Both the position numbers and the translations under genes were made by a program. A DNA stretch of 64,000 nt from Pseudomonadota bacterium (GTDB lineage: Bacteria > Myxococcota > JACRCW01 > JAFGSX01), in contig JBDRCO010000063.1 in the NCBI GenBank assembly GCA_043821645.1, forward strand, positions 31,458-95,457, written 5' to 3'. This document shows positions 18,033 to 27,087 of the stretch, piece by piece; position 1 is the stretch's first letter; the number at the start of each line of letters is the position of its first letter. The notes beneath the pieces were generated by a model. It was not told the origin of the DNA and searched no databases. It saw only the letters and a list, made by a program, of their open reading frames with translations.

Positions 18033-19591
18033 AGCGCCGCCAGTGCAGCCCGATCGACCTTGCCGTTGGGGCTGCGAGGGAATTCGTCCAGGACGAGAAC
18101 GGTGGCAGGCACCATGTAAAGAGGAAGTGTCGATAGCAGGTGCTCCCGCAGCACTGCTGGTCGTGGCGCCTGGCCCGTTCTCGGAACGATGAACGCCACC
18201 AGACGTGGTAGCTGGTCCGGGCCGACCTGGAGCAGTGCCACCGCATCGGCCACGTCGGGGTGCTCGCACAGCACGCTCTCGATCTCACCGAGCTCGATGC
18301 GCTGACCGCGCAGCTTGACCTGCTGATCGAGGCGACCCAGGAACTCGATGTTTCCGTCCGCAAGAAAGCGCGCCAGGTCACCAGACCGGTACAGGCGGGC
18401 CCCGGGTGTCGCGTCAAAGGGATGCGGCACAAATTTCTGTGCCGTGAGCTCGGGCCGGTTGAGATAGCCGCGGGCGAGACCCACACCGCCGACGCACAGT
18501 TCACCCTCGACACCGACCGGGACCGGATGCAGCTCGGGATCGAGGACATAGAGCTGGAGGTTGGCCAAAGGACGACCGATGGGGGGACCTTGCGTGCCGT
18601 AGCATGCGTCCTCGTGGGTGAGGTGGCCAGACACCGTGACCGTGGCCTCGGCCGGGCCGTAGCAATTGAAGAAGCGCCGCCCGGGCGCCCAGCGTCTCAC
18701 ATTTTCCGTCGTGACGCGCTCTCCCACGGCGATCACGGTGCGCAGCTGCACAAGATCGCGGCTCGGCATCACCGCCAGCAGCGAGGGCGGGATCAGGGCC
18801 ATGGTGATGCCCTGCTGCCTGAGCAGCTGCGGAAGTTCCAGGGCGATGAGACGCGGGTCCAGCCTGGGCAGGACCAGCCGGGCGCCCGCGGCCAGGGCCA
18901 TGAAGATCTCCCACACCGACACATCGAAGCTGGGGGATGCAAGCTGCAGCAGGACCGTATTCTCGTCGACGTCAAACATCCGGTTCGAGGCTTCGATGAG
19001 GTTGGCCAGCCCCCGGTGCTCGAGGAGAATGCCCTTGGGGCGTCCGGTCGAACCCGAGGTGTAGATCACGTAGGCCAGGTCCCCTGGCCCGACCCGGGTC
19101 GCCGGTGCCACACCCGGCTGCTGCTGGATGCGATCGCTGTCCGTGTCCAGCCTGACGACGGTACCCGACACGAAGGGTGCCTGGGTGAGCAGGCCCTGCG
19201 TGGTCACCAGGAGTCGGGGCCGTGCGTCGTTCCAGATGTGCTCCAGACGGGTACGTGGGTAGGCGGGATCCAGGCACAGGTACGCCCCGCCGGCCTTGAG
19301 CACGGCCAGGATGGCGATGACCATGTCGAAGGACCGCTCCAGGAAAATGGCCACGATGTCGTCGCCAGCCGTCCCCTCTTGCACCAGCAGCTGCGCCAGC
19401 TGGTTGGAGCGCCGGTCCAGCTCGCCAAAAGACATCGAGCCCTGCGCCGACACGAGCGCGATGGCCTGCGGGCGCTCTGCCACGCGGGCCCCGAAGGCGC
19501 CAAGGATGCAGCCCTGACCCACCCCGACCGTGGCGGTAGCGTTCCACTCGTACAGGATCTGGTGTCGTTCCTGGGGTGTGAGCACGGACAT
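18029..19591 (-). CDS. Stand-alone NRPS adenylation domain (no C or PCP domain)
   Basis: A3 AYVIYTSGSTGRPKG, A4 FDVS, A5 NCYGPAE, A6 GELCVGGVGLARGYL, A7 YRSGDL, A8 GRLDQQVKLRGQRIELGEIE, A10 NGKVDR followed closely by stop. Confidence 0.93.
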   Translation of the reverse strand: MSVLTPQERHQILYEWNATATVGVGQGCILGAFGARVAERPQAIALVSAQGSMSFGELDRRSNQLAQLLVQEGTAGDDIVAIFLERSFDMVIAILAVLKAGGAYLCLDPAYPRTRLEHIWNDARPRLLVTTQGLLTQAPFVSGTVVRLDTDSDRIQQQPGVAPATRVGPGDLAYVIYTSGSTGRPKGILLEHRGLANLIEASNRMFDVDENTVLLQLASPSFDVSVWEIFMALAAGARLVLPRLDPRLIALELPQLLRQQGITMALIPPSLLAVMPSRDLVQLRTVIAVGERVTTENVRRWAPGRRFFNCYGPAEATVTVSGHLTHEDACYGTQGPPIGRPLANLQLYVLDPELHPVPVGVEGELCVGGVGLARGYLNRPELTAQKFVPHPFDATPGARLYRSGDLARFLADGNIEFLGRLDQQVKLRGQRIELGEIESVLCEHPDVADAVALLQVGPDQLPRLVAFIVPRTGQAPRPAVLREHLLSTLPLYMVPATVLVLDEFPRSPNGKVDRAALAAL

Positions 19592-19835
19592 CGCGGGCTC
19601 GCCTCGGCTCGATGCTCCGGCGGTGTGGTTCTCCTCCCGCACCCCTCGGGCGCCGCGTTCCATCGCGCTGGATGCCCGCAGGCTCATGCCGCTCCCGTCG
19701 TCAGGACGACAGGAATATACCGTGTGCCTCGCACCATGGCCACCACTCCCGGGACAGGTCCAGCGCCCTGACAAGAGGTCCTGCCGGCGAGCCTCGGCAC
19801 CAGCAGGCGTGGTTGGCCAGGCGGGGCTGCGAGGG

Positions 19836-20807
19836 TCAAGAACGGTCCCGGCGCGGGCGAGCGACGTGGCCGCGGGAGACACCCCGCACCTCGGCGTCGT
19901 TGCCGTACAGAAAACGGATCGCGATCTCGGTGGCGCGAGAGCAATACAGGGGTTGGGCGTGACCCACCTTGTTGATGAAGAAGTTCTGGGCCTCACGGTA
20001 CGGCAACTCGGCGTTCTCCGGCGGCAGGATCATGGGGTCGAAGTTGTAATGCACCGACGCGAACTGGATCTGAGGCGGCAGGGGCATGGCGTTGAGCGCG
20101 GTCAGGAAATCACTGCCCGGAAGCAGCTGCAGGCCACTTTCGCCCCGCACCTGGCGTGCATAGGGGAGCAGCCCGATGGCCTTGCGCAGACCCTTGTGGG
20201 GGATGGCGGCAAGCCCCACCCAGGTGCCCCGATGCGGTGACGACAGGAACAGGCACTTGGTGATGGGAAGTTCGCTGGCGAGACCGTGCTGCACCAGGGT
20301 GCGGATGATGATGCCGCCCTGGGAGTGACCGACCAGGTAGATCTCGTCGGCGTGGAGCTGCTGCTGGATCTGGCGCAGCCTGGCCTCGAGCTGCTGCGCC
20401 GAGAGCTGGATGTCCTGGCTATAAGGGAAGTCGCCGTAGATGTAGGTGAAGGCATCGAACACGTCGATACCAAGGTACCGCTCGAGGCGCTGAAAACCCG
20501 ACGCGAGCTGCATGTAGCCGGGCACGAACACCACCAGCCTGCGCTGTCCCTGGAAGGCTTCCAGGCGGCGACGGTGATAGTCCTCGTCATACAGAACCTT
20601 CTCCGAGACATGGATGGTGCCGTCGATCAGATTCTTGCCCACGAAGTAGGCTTCCTCGACCACGCTCAGACCCATGTGCAGGGTGCTGCGCAGGCGCTCG
20701 GGAGGCAGCAGGAAGGCGTTCAAGGCACGCAGACCCCGGACCAGCTTGGCCGGCACCCGGTCCAGCTTGCGAATGGCGTCGCTGTCGGAACGGTACCGGG
20801 TGCTCAA
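19836..20807 (-). CDS. Alpha/beta hydrolase (lipase/esterase)
   Basis: VVFVPGY, LVGHSQGG nucleophile elbow, SSPHRG, C-terminal GH; TTG start inferred from TTGA overlap. Confidence 0.82.
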   Translation of the reverse strand: MSTRYRSDSDAIRKLDRVPAKLVRGLRALNAFLLPPERLRSTLHMGLSVVEEAYFVGKNLIDGTIHVSEKVLYDEDYHRRRLEAFQGQRRLVVFVPGYMQLASGFQRLERYLGIDVFDAFTYIYGDFPYSQDIQLSAQQLEARLRQIQQQLHADEIYLVGHSQGGIIIRTLVQHGLASELPITKCLFLSSPHRGTWVGLAAIPHKGLRKAIGLLPYARQVRGESGLQLLPGSDFLTALNAMPLPPQIQFASVHYNFDPMILPPENAELPYREAQNFFINKVGHAQPLYCSRATEIAIRFLYGNDAEVRGVSRGHVARPRRDRS

Positions 20808-21991
20808 GGTACAACCCACAGGCCGCCCTGCACCGAGAGCCGCGTGTCGTCGAGAAACACGGCTCGCCCCGCTCCTCCGCCCCGGAAGTCGGTGACGATG
20901 TCCACGTGCTGGGCGCTGGTGTTGAACCTGCCCTCGGCCCCGGCGGTGGCGAGCGCGGCCTTGCCGGCATCGCTGCCCGGGTCCTCGTGATAGCACTCGG
21001 GATAGCTGGCGCCGATGGCGATGTGCAAGGTCCCACCCACCTTCTCGACGAACAGGGGGTGGGTCAGGACCTGCTTGAGGCCGTTGTTCATGCCCAGGGC
21101 GACCTCGCCCAGGCGGTGCGAGCCCTCGTCGGTCTCGATGATCTTGGCCAGGACATCCTGGCCCTGCACAGCGCTGTAGCGCGTGATCACGCCACCCTCG
21201 AGACACAGGTGCACACCCTGGATGCGTGTCCCCGAGTAGGTCACGGGCAGGTCGACGAAGATCTCACCCTCGACGCTGCGTGCGTCGGGGCTGGTGAACA
21301 CCTCGCCATCCGGAAAGTTGCGCTTGCCGGTGCACTTGACGATGCGCTGGCCGGTGATGTCCAGGCGCAGCTCGAGCTCACGTCCGTCGGGCGCGCGGCT
21401 CTGCACCCGCACGGTGCGCGTCTGCCGCAACTTCTGATACAGCGGCTCCTCGACCTGCTCGAGCGCGCGGGGATCCGTCACCGACGCCGACACCACGGCA
21501 TCGGCATAGGTGTCGAGGCTCAGGCCGTCCATGGCGGCGAAGGCCTCGGTGGGAAACAGGGTCAGCACCCAGGGCTTGGCCAGGCGGATGTTCTTGGTTG
21601 GTTCGTCCGCGGTCATCAGGGCCTGCGCCGTGTCGGCGGGAAGGTCTCCGAACAGGGCGGGCTGTTCGGCTCCCAGGATCTCGATGTACTTGGTCATGGC
21701 GTGGTAGCGCGCCTGCATCCAGTCCGGCACGCGCTGGATCTGTTCGACGCTGCCATGACGACAGATCGCGGCACCGAAGACCTTGCCTCGATCGTTGTCC
21801 GGCGGCACCAGAAACACGTCGGCGATACCGCCCGCAGCGAACACCCTCTCCTGCAGCACGCTGAGCAGCGGCCAGGTGCAGTGCTCACCCTTGATCAGGA
21901 CCACGTCGTCGGAGCGAATCCCGCCCAGCGAGTACTCGAGCAGATATCCGGCCCAGGTCTCCAGCTTGGTGCGGGAAATCTCCAGCGGCAT
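20804..21991 (-). CDS. Aminopeptidase, peptidase family M29 (AmpS/AmpT-like)
   Basis: RNFPDGEVFT, LGEVALG, EKVGGTLHIAIGASY, HVDIV. Confidence 0.92.
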   Translation of the reverse strand: MPLEISRTKLETWAGYLLEYSLGGIRSDDVVLIKGEHCTWPLLSVLQERVFAAGGIADVFLVPPDNDRGKVFGAAICRHGSVEQIQRVPDWMQARYHAMTKYIEILGAEQPALFGDLPADTAQALMTADEPTKNIRLAKPWVLTLFPTEAFAAMDGLSLDTYADAVVSASVTDPRALEQVEEPLYQKLRQTRTVRVQSRAPDGRELELRLDITGQRIVKCTGKRNFPDGEVFTSPDARSVEGEIFVDLPVTYSGTRIQGVHLCLEGGVITRYSAVQGQDVLAKIIETDEGSHRLGEVALGMNNGLKQVLTHPLFVEKVGGTLHIAIGASYPECYHEDPGSDAGKAALATAGAEGRFNTSAQHVDIVTDFRGGGAGRAVFLDDTRLSVQGGLWVVP

Positions 21992-22061
21992 GCACAACCT
22001 CCTGTTGCCACGGTCGTCGTGGCGCGACGTCGCGTGCAGTCTATGGGCCGAGACCCGACTG

Positions 22062-23645
22062 TCAAGGTGGCGAAGAAATCTGCAAGGAGTCCGCCGTCGA
22101 GAGACCATCGAGCAGCCCTTGCAGTTCGGCGGCCCGTTCGAGATGACCCTGGCGCCGGTGCAGCGCCGCAGCCAGCGCATACACACGGCGCGCCTCGGGT
22201 AGCTGCTGGTGCTGGCCACGCTCGAGGACCTCGACGGCCTCGTCGAGGGCGCGCAGGGCGGCTTCCCGGTCGTGGCCGTGCTGCTGCAGGTCGGCGACAT
22301 TGAGCAGGGTTGTTGCAAGGTCGGGGTGATCCGGTGGCCGCGTCCGCCGGCACAGCTCGAGGGCGCGCTGGGCGAGGGGGAGCGCATCCTCGACGCGACC
22401 GCCGCGCAGCTCAGCCTGGGCCAGATTGCTATACACGAGGACCAGATCCGGGTGGTCAGGTGGCGCACCCAGCTCGAGGGTTCGCCGGGCGCGCTGCAGG
22501 CTATCGCGGGCGCCTGCCAGATCACCGGTCAGCAGCTGCGCCGTGCCCAGGGTGTTGAGGCTGCGGGCCAGACGAACCGGATCGACCGGCTGCACGCTTT
22601 CATAGGCCGCCAGAGCTCGACGTGCGCTGACCATGGCGCGCTTCGCACGACCCTGGCGCACCTGCACGCTGGCCAGCGTGTCCAGGGTCGCCGCGGTGGC
22701 AGGATGCTGGTCTCCCCACACTTTCTCGTGAATCCGCAAGGCGCGCTCGGCCATGTCCTCGGCATGTTCGCAGTCACCCTGGGCGCAGCGACTGCGGGCC
22801 AGGTTGCTCAGCGCCACGGCCACGCTCGCATGATCGAACCCCAGGCTTTGTTCGTAGATGGTGAGAGCACGGCGCAGCAGGGCGTCGGCCTGACGGTAGT
22901 CCCCGTCGTGAAAGGCCACGCGTGACATGTTGTTGAGGGTGGTGGCCACCGCCGGATGATCCGGCCCCAGGGTCTTTTCCTTGATCTTGAGAGAGCGCAC
23001 GAAGCGCGGCCGCGCGCGCGCGTGGTCACCGCGATCGCAGTACAGGTTGCCCAGGTTGTTCAGGGACACCGCGACCTCGAGATGGTCGGGTCCCAGGGCG
23101 TCTTCCTGGATGGCGAGGGCACGCCGGAACAGGGGCTCTGCGTCGTCGAGGCGACCCTGGGCTCGCAGCACTTCCCCCAGATTGTTCAGTGCGGTGGCCA
23201 CGTCAGGATGGTTGGGTCCCAGAGCCTCCTGCCGCAGGGCCAGGGCGCGCGCGTACTGCGCCTGGGCCCTGATGAGGTTCCCGTTCTCGGTCAGGATGCT
23301 GGCGTGCAGGAACAGTCGCTCGGCCAGCTCGACGGGAACCTCGGCGGCCGCGGGCTCCAGCACCTCGACGCTCTGCCTGGCGAGGTCCTCCGATTCGCGC
23401 CAGCGAGGTCCCGCCCGCAGGACCCGGGCTCCGTGCGCGAGCTCCTGCGACCGGGACAGGCGCTGCTCCTGTGTGGCACCCGGGAGATCTTCATGCGCCG
23501 CGCTCCCGGTGCTGGCGCAGCCCGGGGACCCGAGCATGATCGCGATGGCGACGGCAGCCAGGGCGGTCGTCGAGCCACCTGCCAGGTGGTCTTTGCATCG
23601 CCGGTACACCTCTCTATGAATGGGCCCTCTGCCGCGTGGGGTCAA
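22062..23645 (-). CDS. Tetratricopeptide repeat protein (kinesin-light-chain-like 42-aa TPRs); start uncertain
   Basis: Repeats of LGPxHPxVAxxLNNL...RALAI; possible lipobox SPGC. Confidence 0.88.
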   Translation of the reverse strand: MTPRGRGPIHREVYRRCKDHLAGGSTTALAAVAIAIMLGSPGCASTGSAAHEDLPGATQEQRLSRSQELAHGARVLRAGPRWRESEDLARQSVEVLEPAAAEVPVELAERLFLHASILTENGNLIRAQAQYARALALRQEALGPNHPDVATALNNLGEVLRAQGRLDDAEPLFRRALAIQEDALGPDHLEVAVSLNNLGNLYCDRGDHARARPRFVRSLKIKEKTLGPDHPAVATTLNNMSRVAFHDGDYRQADALLRRALTIYEQSLGFDHASVAVALSNLARSRCAQGDCEHAEDMAERALRIHEKVWGDQHPATAATLDTLASVQVRQGRAKRAMVSARRALAAYESVQPVDPVRLARSLNTLGTAQLLTGDLAGARDSLQRARRTLELGAPPDHPDLVLVYSNLAQAELRGGRVEDALPLAQRALELCRRTRPPDHPDLATTLLNVADLQQHGHDREAALRALDEAVEVLERGQHQQLPEARRVYALAAALHRRQGHLERAAELQGLLDGLSTADSLQISSPP

Positions 23646-23802
23646 GACCCCGAGCGTCGCTGCGGCGTCCAGGCGCCAGCACCCGCCCGTCGTCGACTGC
23701 GGGGCGAAGACCTGGAGCCCAGGAAATCGGCGTTGCTTCCCGTTCCCCGCGCGATATGTACCTCTTCATCAAAGCTTCAAGATGCATTCAAGGAGAGGTC
23801 AC

Positions 23803-24354
23803 ATGCGCCAGCTGCGCTCACCAGTCTTCGTCGTCGCCGGGGCACTGCTCGCCACGGCCTGCGCGGGTCCAACCACCATCTCGGCGGTCAAGGACGTGGA
23901 CCTCGAGCGCTTTGACGGCACCTGGTACGACGTGGCGTCCTTCCCGCAGAGCTTCCAGGATGGCTGCCACTGCACCACGGCCACCTACACCCTGCGCGAC
24001 AACGGGGAGGTGGGTGTTCTCAACCGCTGCCGCAAGGGCAGTGTCGACGGTGAGCTCAGCGAGGCCACGGCCCGCGCCTATCTCCCGGATCCGGACAAGC
24101 CCGGTGAACTCAAGGTGGAGTTCCTGTGGCCCTTCGCGGCGGACTACTGGGTCATCGACCTCGGGACGCCCGACGTGGGCGAGTACACCCACGCCGTGGT
24201 CAGCGAGCCCGGTCAGCAGTACCTGTGGATCCTGTCGCGCGCCCCCGAGATGAACCGCACCACCTATGACGAGATCCTGGGCTGGCTCGTCGACCAGGGA
24301 TTCGACACCGGCCGCCTGCAGGCCGTCGAGCATCAAGGCTGCCCCTCGGACTGA
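23803..24354 (+). CDS. blc: Bacterial lipocalin (outer-membrane lipoprotein)
   Basis: Lipobox ATAC; VDLERFDGTWYDVA, ATYTL, LKVEF..PF.ADYWV, YLWILSR. Confidence 0.9.
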   Translation: MRQLRSPVFVVAGALLATACAGPTTISAVKDVDLERFDGTWYDVASFPQSFQDGCHCTTATYTLRDNGEVGVLNRCRKGSVDGELSEATARAYLPDPDKPGELKVEFLWPFAADYWVIDLGTPDVGEYTHAVVSEPGQQYLWILSRAPEMNRTTYDEILGWLVDQGFDTGRLQAVEHQGCPSD

Positions 24355-24363
24355 GCAGGTCGT

Positions 24364-25299
24364 CTACTTCTGAGCCGACGGCACCCCGCCCTCCGGGGCT
24401 CCCTCGTGCTCGAGCTTCACAGCCAGGGCTGAGGTCGCTTCGCCGACGTAGATCGTGCGATGCGGGAAGGGGATCTCTATCCCCTCAGCGTCGAAGCGTT
24501 TCTTGATGCGACGCAGGAACTGGCGACCGGTCTGCCACTGCTCGCCGGGAACGGTCTTGATGCGGCCGCGGATCACCACCGCGCTGTCACCGAGCTGGTT
24601 GACACCCAGCACCTCGACGTCCTCGCGCACCACGAGCGCGTACACTGGATCTGTGCGCAGCTCCGCAGCCACTTCGCGGATGACGTCGATCACGCGGTCC
24701 ACATCCTCCTTGTATGCCACACCCAGATCAAACACGTAGGCAGACCATTCCTTGGTCATGTTCGACAGCGTGGTGATGGCGCCGTTGGGAAACACGTGCA
24801 CCGTTCCCGACAGGTCGCGCAGGACGACGGTGCGCAGGTTGATCTTCTCGACCAGGCCACTGGTTCCATTGATCGAGGCCACGTCGCCCACCCGCACCTG
24901 GTTCTCCAGCACGATGAAGAACCCGGAGATCACGTCGCGCACCAGGTTCTGGGCACCGAAGCCCACCGCCAGACCCACGATCCCGGCCGAGGCCATGATG
25001 GGACCGATGTTGACGCCCAACTCCGACAGGGCCGTGAGCATGGCCACCACCCACACCGCGATGTGCGCTCCCTGGCGCAGCAGGCGCACCAGGGTCTCGG
25101 CCCGCTTGGCGCTCTCGTTCTCGTGCGGATCCTCGGCCTTATCTTTTTCGACCAGTCTGCGCTCGAAGCGCCTGAGCACCAGGTCGATGAAGCGCAGGAC
25201 GAGCCAGGCCAGGATCAACACGCCGAGCGCCGAGCCCAGCTTGAAAGCCAGAGCCTTCCAGTTGAGCCCCAGCAGGGTCTGCTTCAGGGTCGTGAGCAT
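24364..25299 (-). CDS. Small-conductance mechanosensitive channel (MscS family, YbiO-like)
   Basis: GLAVGFGAQNLVRDVISGFF, ENQVRVGD, GIEIPFP. Confidence 0.92.
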   Translation of the reverse strand: MLTTLKQTLLGLNWKALAFKLGSALGVLILAWLVLRFIDLVLRRFERRLVEKDKAEDPHENESAKRAETLVRLLRQGAHIAVWVVAMLTALSELGVNIGPIMASAGIVGLAVGFGAQNLVRDVISGFFIVLENQVRVGDVASINGTSGLVEKINLRTVVLRDLSGTVHVFPNGAITTLSNMTKEWSAYVFDLGVAYKEDVDRVIDVIREVAAELRTDPVYALVVREDVEVLGVNQLGDSAVVIRGRIKTVPGEQWQTGRQFLRRIKKRFDAEGIEIPFPHRTIYVGEATSALAVKLEHEGAPEGGVPSAQK

Positions 25300-25389
25300 C
25301 CAGGACTCCCCGCGTGGTGGTGCTGATACACGTGTTTACGGGCAGGTCCCGGAGGGCGCAAGCGCGGTCCGCGCCACATGTCGAGGTGG

Positions 25390-25418
25390 TTGACGTCCGC
25401 GTTCGGTCCCGCTACAAG
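25390..25418 (+). promoter_or_regulatory. Sigma-70-type promoter of tRNA-Ser
   Basis: TTGACG-17 bp-TACAAG about 25 bp upstream of the tRNA. Confidence 0.6.
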
Positions 25419-25442
25419 GAGCGTCCGCGTCCTCAGACGCAT

Positions 25443-25537
25443 GGAGAGTTGGCCGAGTAGGTCGAAGGCGCTCGCCTGCTAAGCGAGTATACGGGCTTAA
25501 ACCTGTATCGAGGGTTCGAATCCCTCACTCTCCGCCA
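25443..25537 (+). tRNA. tRNA-Ser (GCT)
   Basis: GGAGAG/CTCTCC acceptor stem; anticodon arm CTCGC-CTGCTAA-GCGAG; long variable arm; GGTTCGAATCC; encoded CCA. Confidence 0.96.
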
Positions 25538-25538
25538 G

Positions 25539-25577
25539 ACCCGGCCCTGTCGACGTGATGGGGCCGGGTTTTTTTTT
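25539..25577 (+). terminator. Rho-independent terminator
   Basis: ACCCGGCCC...GGGCCGGGT stem followed by a T run. Confidence 0.8.
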
Positions 25578-25626
25578 GCCCGTCGCCGCCCTGCGCAGCC
25601 CTGGCGCGCATTCCTGCACTGGTAGC

Positions 25627-25655
25627 TTGACAGGCCCAGGTGAGATCCTTAGTCT
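25627..25655 (+). promoter_or_regulatory. Sigma-70-type promoter of tRNA-Arg
   Basis: TTGACA-17 bp-TAGTCT, 13 bp before the tRNA. Confidence 0.65.
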
Positions 25656-25668
25656 CCCCCTCCGCGAT

Positions 25669-25746
25669 GCGCCCGTAGCTCAGCCCGGATAGAGCACCGG
25701 ACTACGAATCCGTAGGTCGCACGTTCGAATCGTGCCGGGCGCGCCA
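25669..25746 (+). tRNA. tRNA-Arg (ACG)
   Basis: GCGCCCG/CGGGCGC acceptor stem; TAGCTCAG; anticodon loop CTACGAA; GTTCGAATC; encoded CCA. Confidence 0.95.
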
Positions 25747-25747
25747 C

Positions 25748-25788
25748 AAGGCCCCGTGAACCAAAAGGTTTTCGGGGCCTTTCTTTTT
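25748..25788 (+). terminator. Rho-independent terminator
   Basis: AAGGCCCCG...CGGGGCCTT stem followed by TCTTTTT. Confidence 0.78.
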
Positions 25789-25836
25789 GCCTGGAGCCTC
25801 GTCGAGGCGCGAGCACACGCCGAGCAGGTCGTTCCC

Positions 25837-26250
25837 TTAGGTGGTGCATTCCTGGCTGACACAGGACAGGGGTGTTCCATAGGCGTTCGCCGGAGCGCAT
25901 CCCACTGCGGTCTCGCAGGACTCGTACTGCATGCCCCGGCACTTGCTCTGGTCGGTGTTGCACGACGCACTGGCGCACTGTCTGTCCTCGGTGCAACTCG
26001 TCAGGTTGCGTCGCGAGTACTCGCGATAGCAGGTGGTCTGCTCCCGGCCGTCGAAGGCCGCACAGAACAGACCTGCACCACAGGCGTCGACGTTCCATTC
26101 GGCGCAGCAGGGCTCGGACTCCGCCTGCGAGACCGGGAATCGGTCCTGGCATGCTGCATCGCCCACCGGCCCCAGGTCACCGCAGGCGGCCAGGACAAGC
26201 CATCCCGAGAGCCACCCCATCGCTGCCAGGCCACGCGCCACGCTGTTCAT
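25837..26250 (-). CDS. Small Cys-rich lipoprotein
   Basis: Signal peptide ending LAAC; many spaced Cys; AAGGAGG RBS upstream. Confidence 0.75.
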   Translation of the reverse strand: MNSVARGLAAMGWLSGWLVLAACGDLGPVGDAACQDRFPVSQAESEPCCAEWNVDACGAGLFCAAFDGREQTTCYREYSRRNLTSCTEDRQCASASCNTDQSKCRGMQYESCETAVGCAPANAYGTPLSCVSQECTT

Positions 26251-26352
26251 GCACGATCCTCCTTGATGACAGAGCACTTTTAGCCGGTTCCGTGCAGTTG
26301 TGCTATGGGCCCCGCAGCGGCCCTGAGCTAGAGTGGCCCCGGAGGCAGAGCC

Positions 26353-27039
26353 ATGAGACTTTCCGTCGTCATCCCGGTGTTCAATGAGGTCGAGACCATC
26401 GAGCTCATCGTCCAGCACGTCCTCGACACACCCTGGGAGAAGGAGATCCTGCTCATCGACGACGGATCCACCGACGGCACCCGCGCCAAGCTGCGGGAAC
26501 TGGACGCGATCGATGGCGTGCGGGTGCTGCTGCACGAGGTCAATCGGGGCAAGGGCGCCGCGCTGGCGACAGGATTTGCCGCCGCCACGGGGGACATCGT
26601 GCTGGTCCAGGACGCGGACCTGGAATACGACCCGCACGACTACGGCAAGCTGTTGCAGCCCATCCTCGACGGCAAGGCCGACGTGGTCTACGGCTCGCGC
26701 TTCATCGGTAGCGACTCGCACCGCGTGCTGTACTTCTGGCACTCCATCGGCAACCGGGCCCTGACCGTGATCTCCAATGCCTTCACCGACCTCAACCTGA
26801 CCGACATGGAGACCTGCTACAAGGTCTTCAGGCGCGAGGTCCTGAGCTCCATCACCGTCGAGGAGGCGCGCTTCGGCTTCGAGCCCGAGATCACCGCCAA
26901 GGTGGCCAGGGGACGCTGGCGCATCTTCGAGGTCGGCATCTCGTACAACGGCCGCACCTACGAGCAGGGCAAGAAGATCGGCTGGAAGGATGGCGTGCGA
27001 GCGCTGTACTGCATCGTCAAGTACAACACCCGTGGCTAG
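26353..27039 (+). CDS. Glycosyltransferase family 2 (DPM1-like)
   Basis: [43 protein letters not shown]. Confidence 0.93.
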   Translation: MRLSVVIPVFNEVETIELIVQHVLDTPWEKEILLIDDGSTDGTRAKLRELDAIDGVRVLLHEVNRGKGAALATGFAAATGDIVLVQDADLEYDPHDYGKLLQPILDGKADVVYGSRFIGSDSHRVLYFWHSIGNRALTVISNAFTDLNLTDMETCYKVFRREVLSSITVEEARFGFEPEITAKVARGRWRIFEVGISYNGRTYEQGKKIGWKDGVRALYCIVKYNTRG

Positions 27040-27087
27040 CCCTTGCCTGTCGTGCGGGGGTCGACGCCCACCGCACCGCGGCCTAGA

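Noticed and set aside
14253-19591. Canonical dlt (teichoic acid D-alanylation) operon
   Set aside because: The carrier resembles DltC, but there is no DltB (MBOAT) or DltD, the A domain is NRPS-module-like, and radical SAM and PLP genes are not part of dlt.
25696-25712. C-T mismatch at the top of the tRNA-Arg anticodon stem as a sign of pseudogenisation
   Set aside because: A 27-43 mismatch is tolerated in functional tRNAs; the rest of the cloverleaf, CCA, promoter and terminator are intact.
25443-26300. Prophage or island integrated at tRNA-Ser/tRNA-Arg
   Set aside because: No integrase nearby, both tRNAs have their own terminators, and I saw no duplicated tRNA 3' end in the window.
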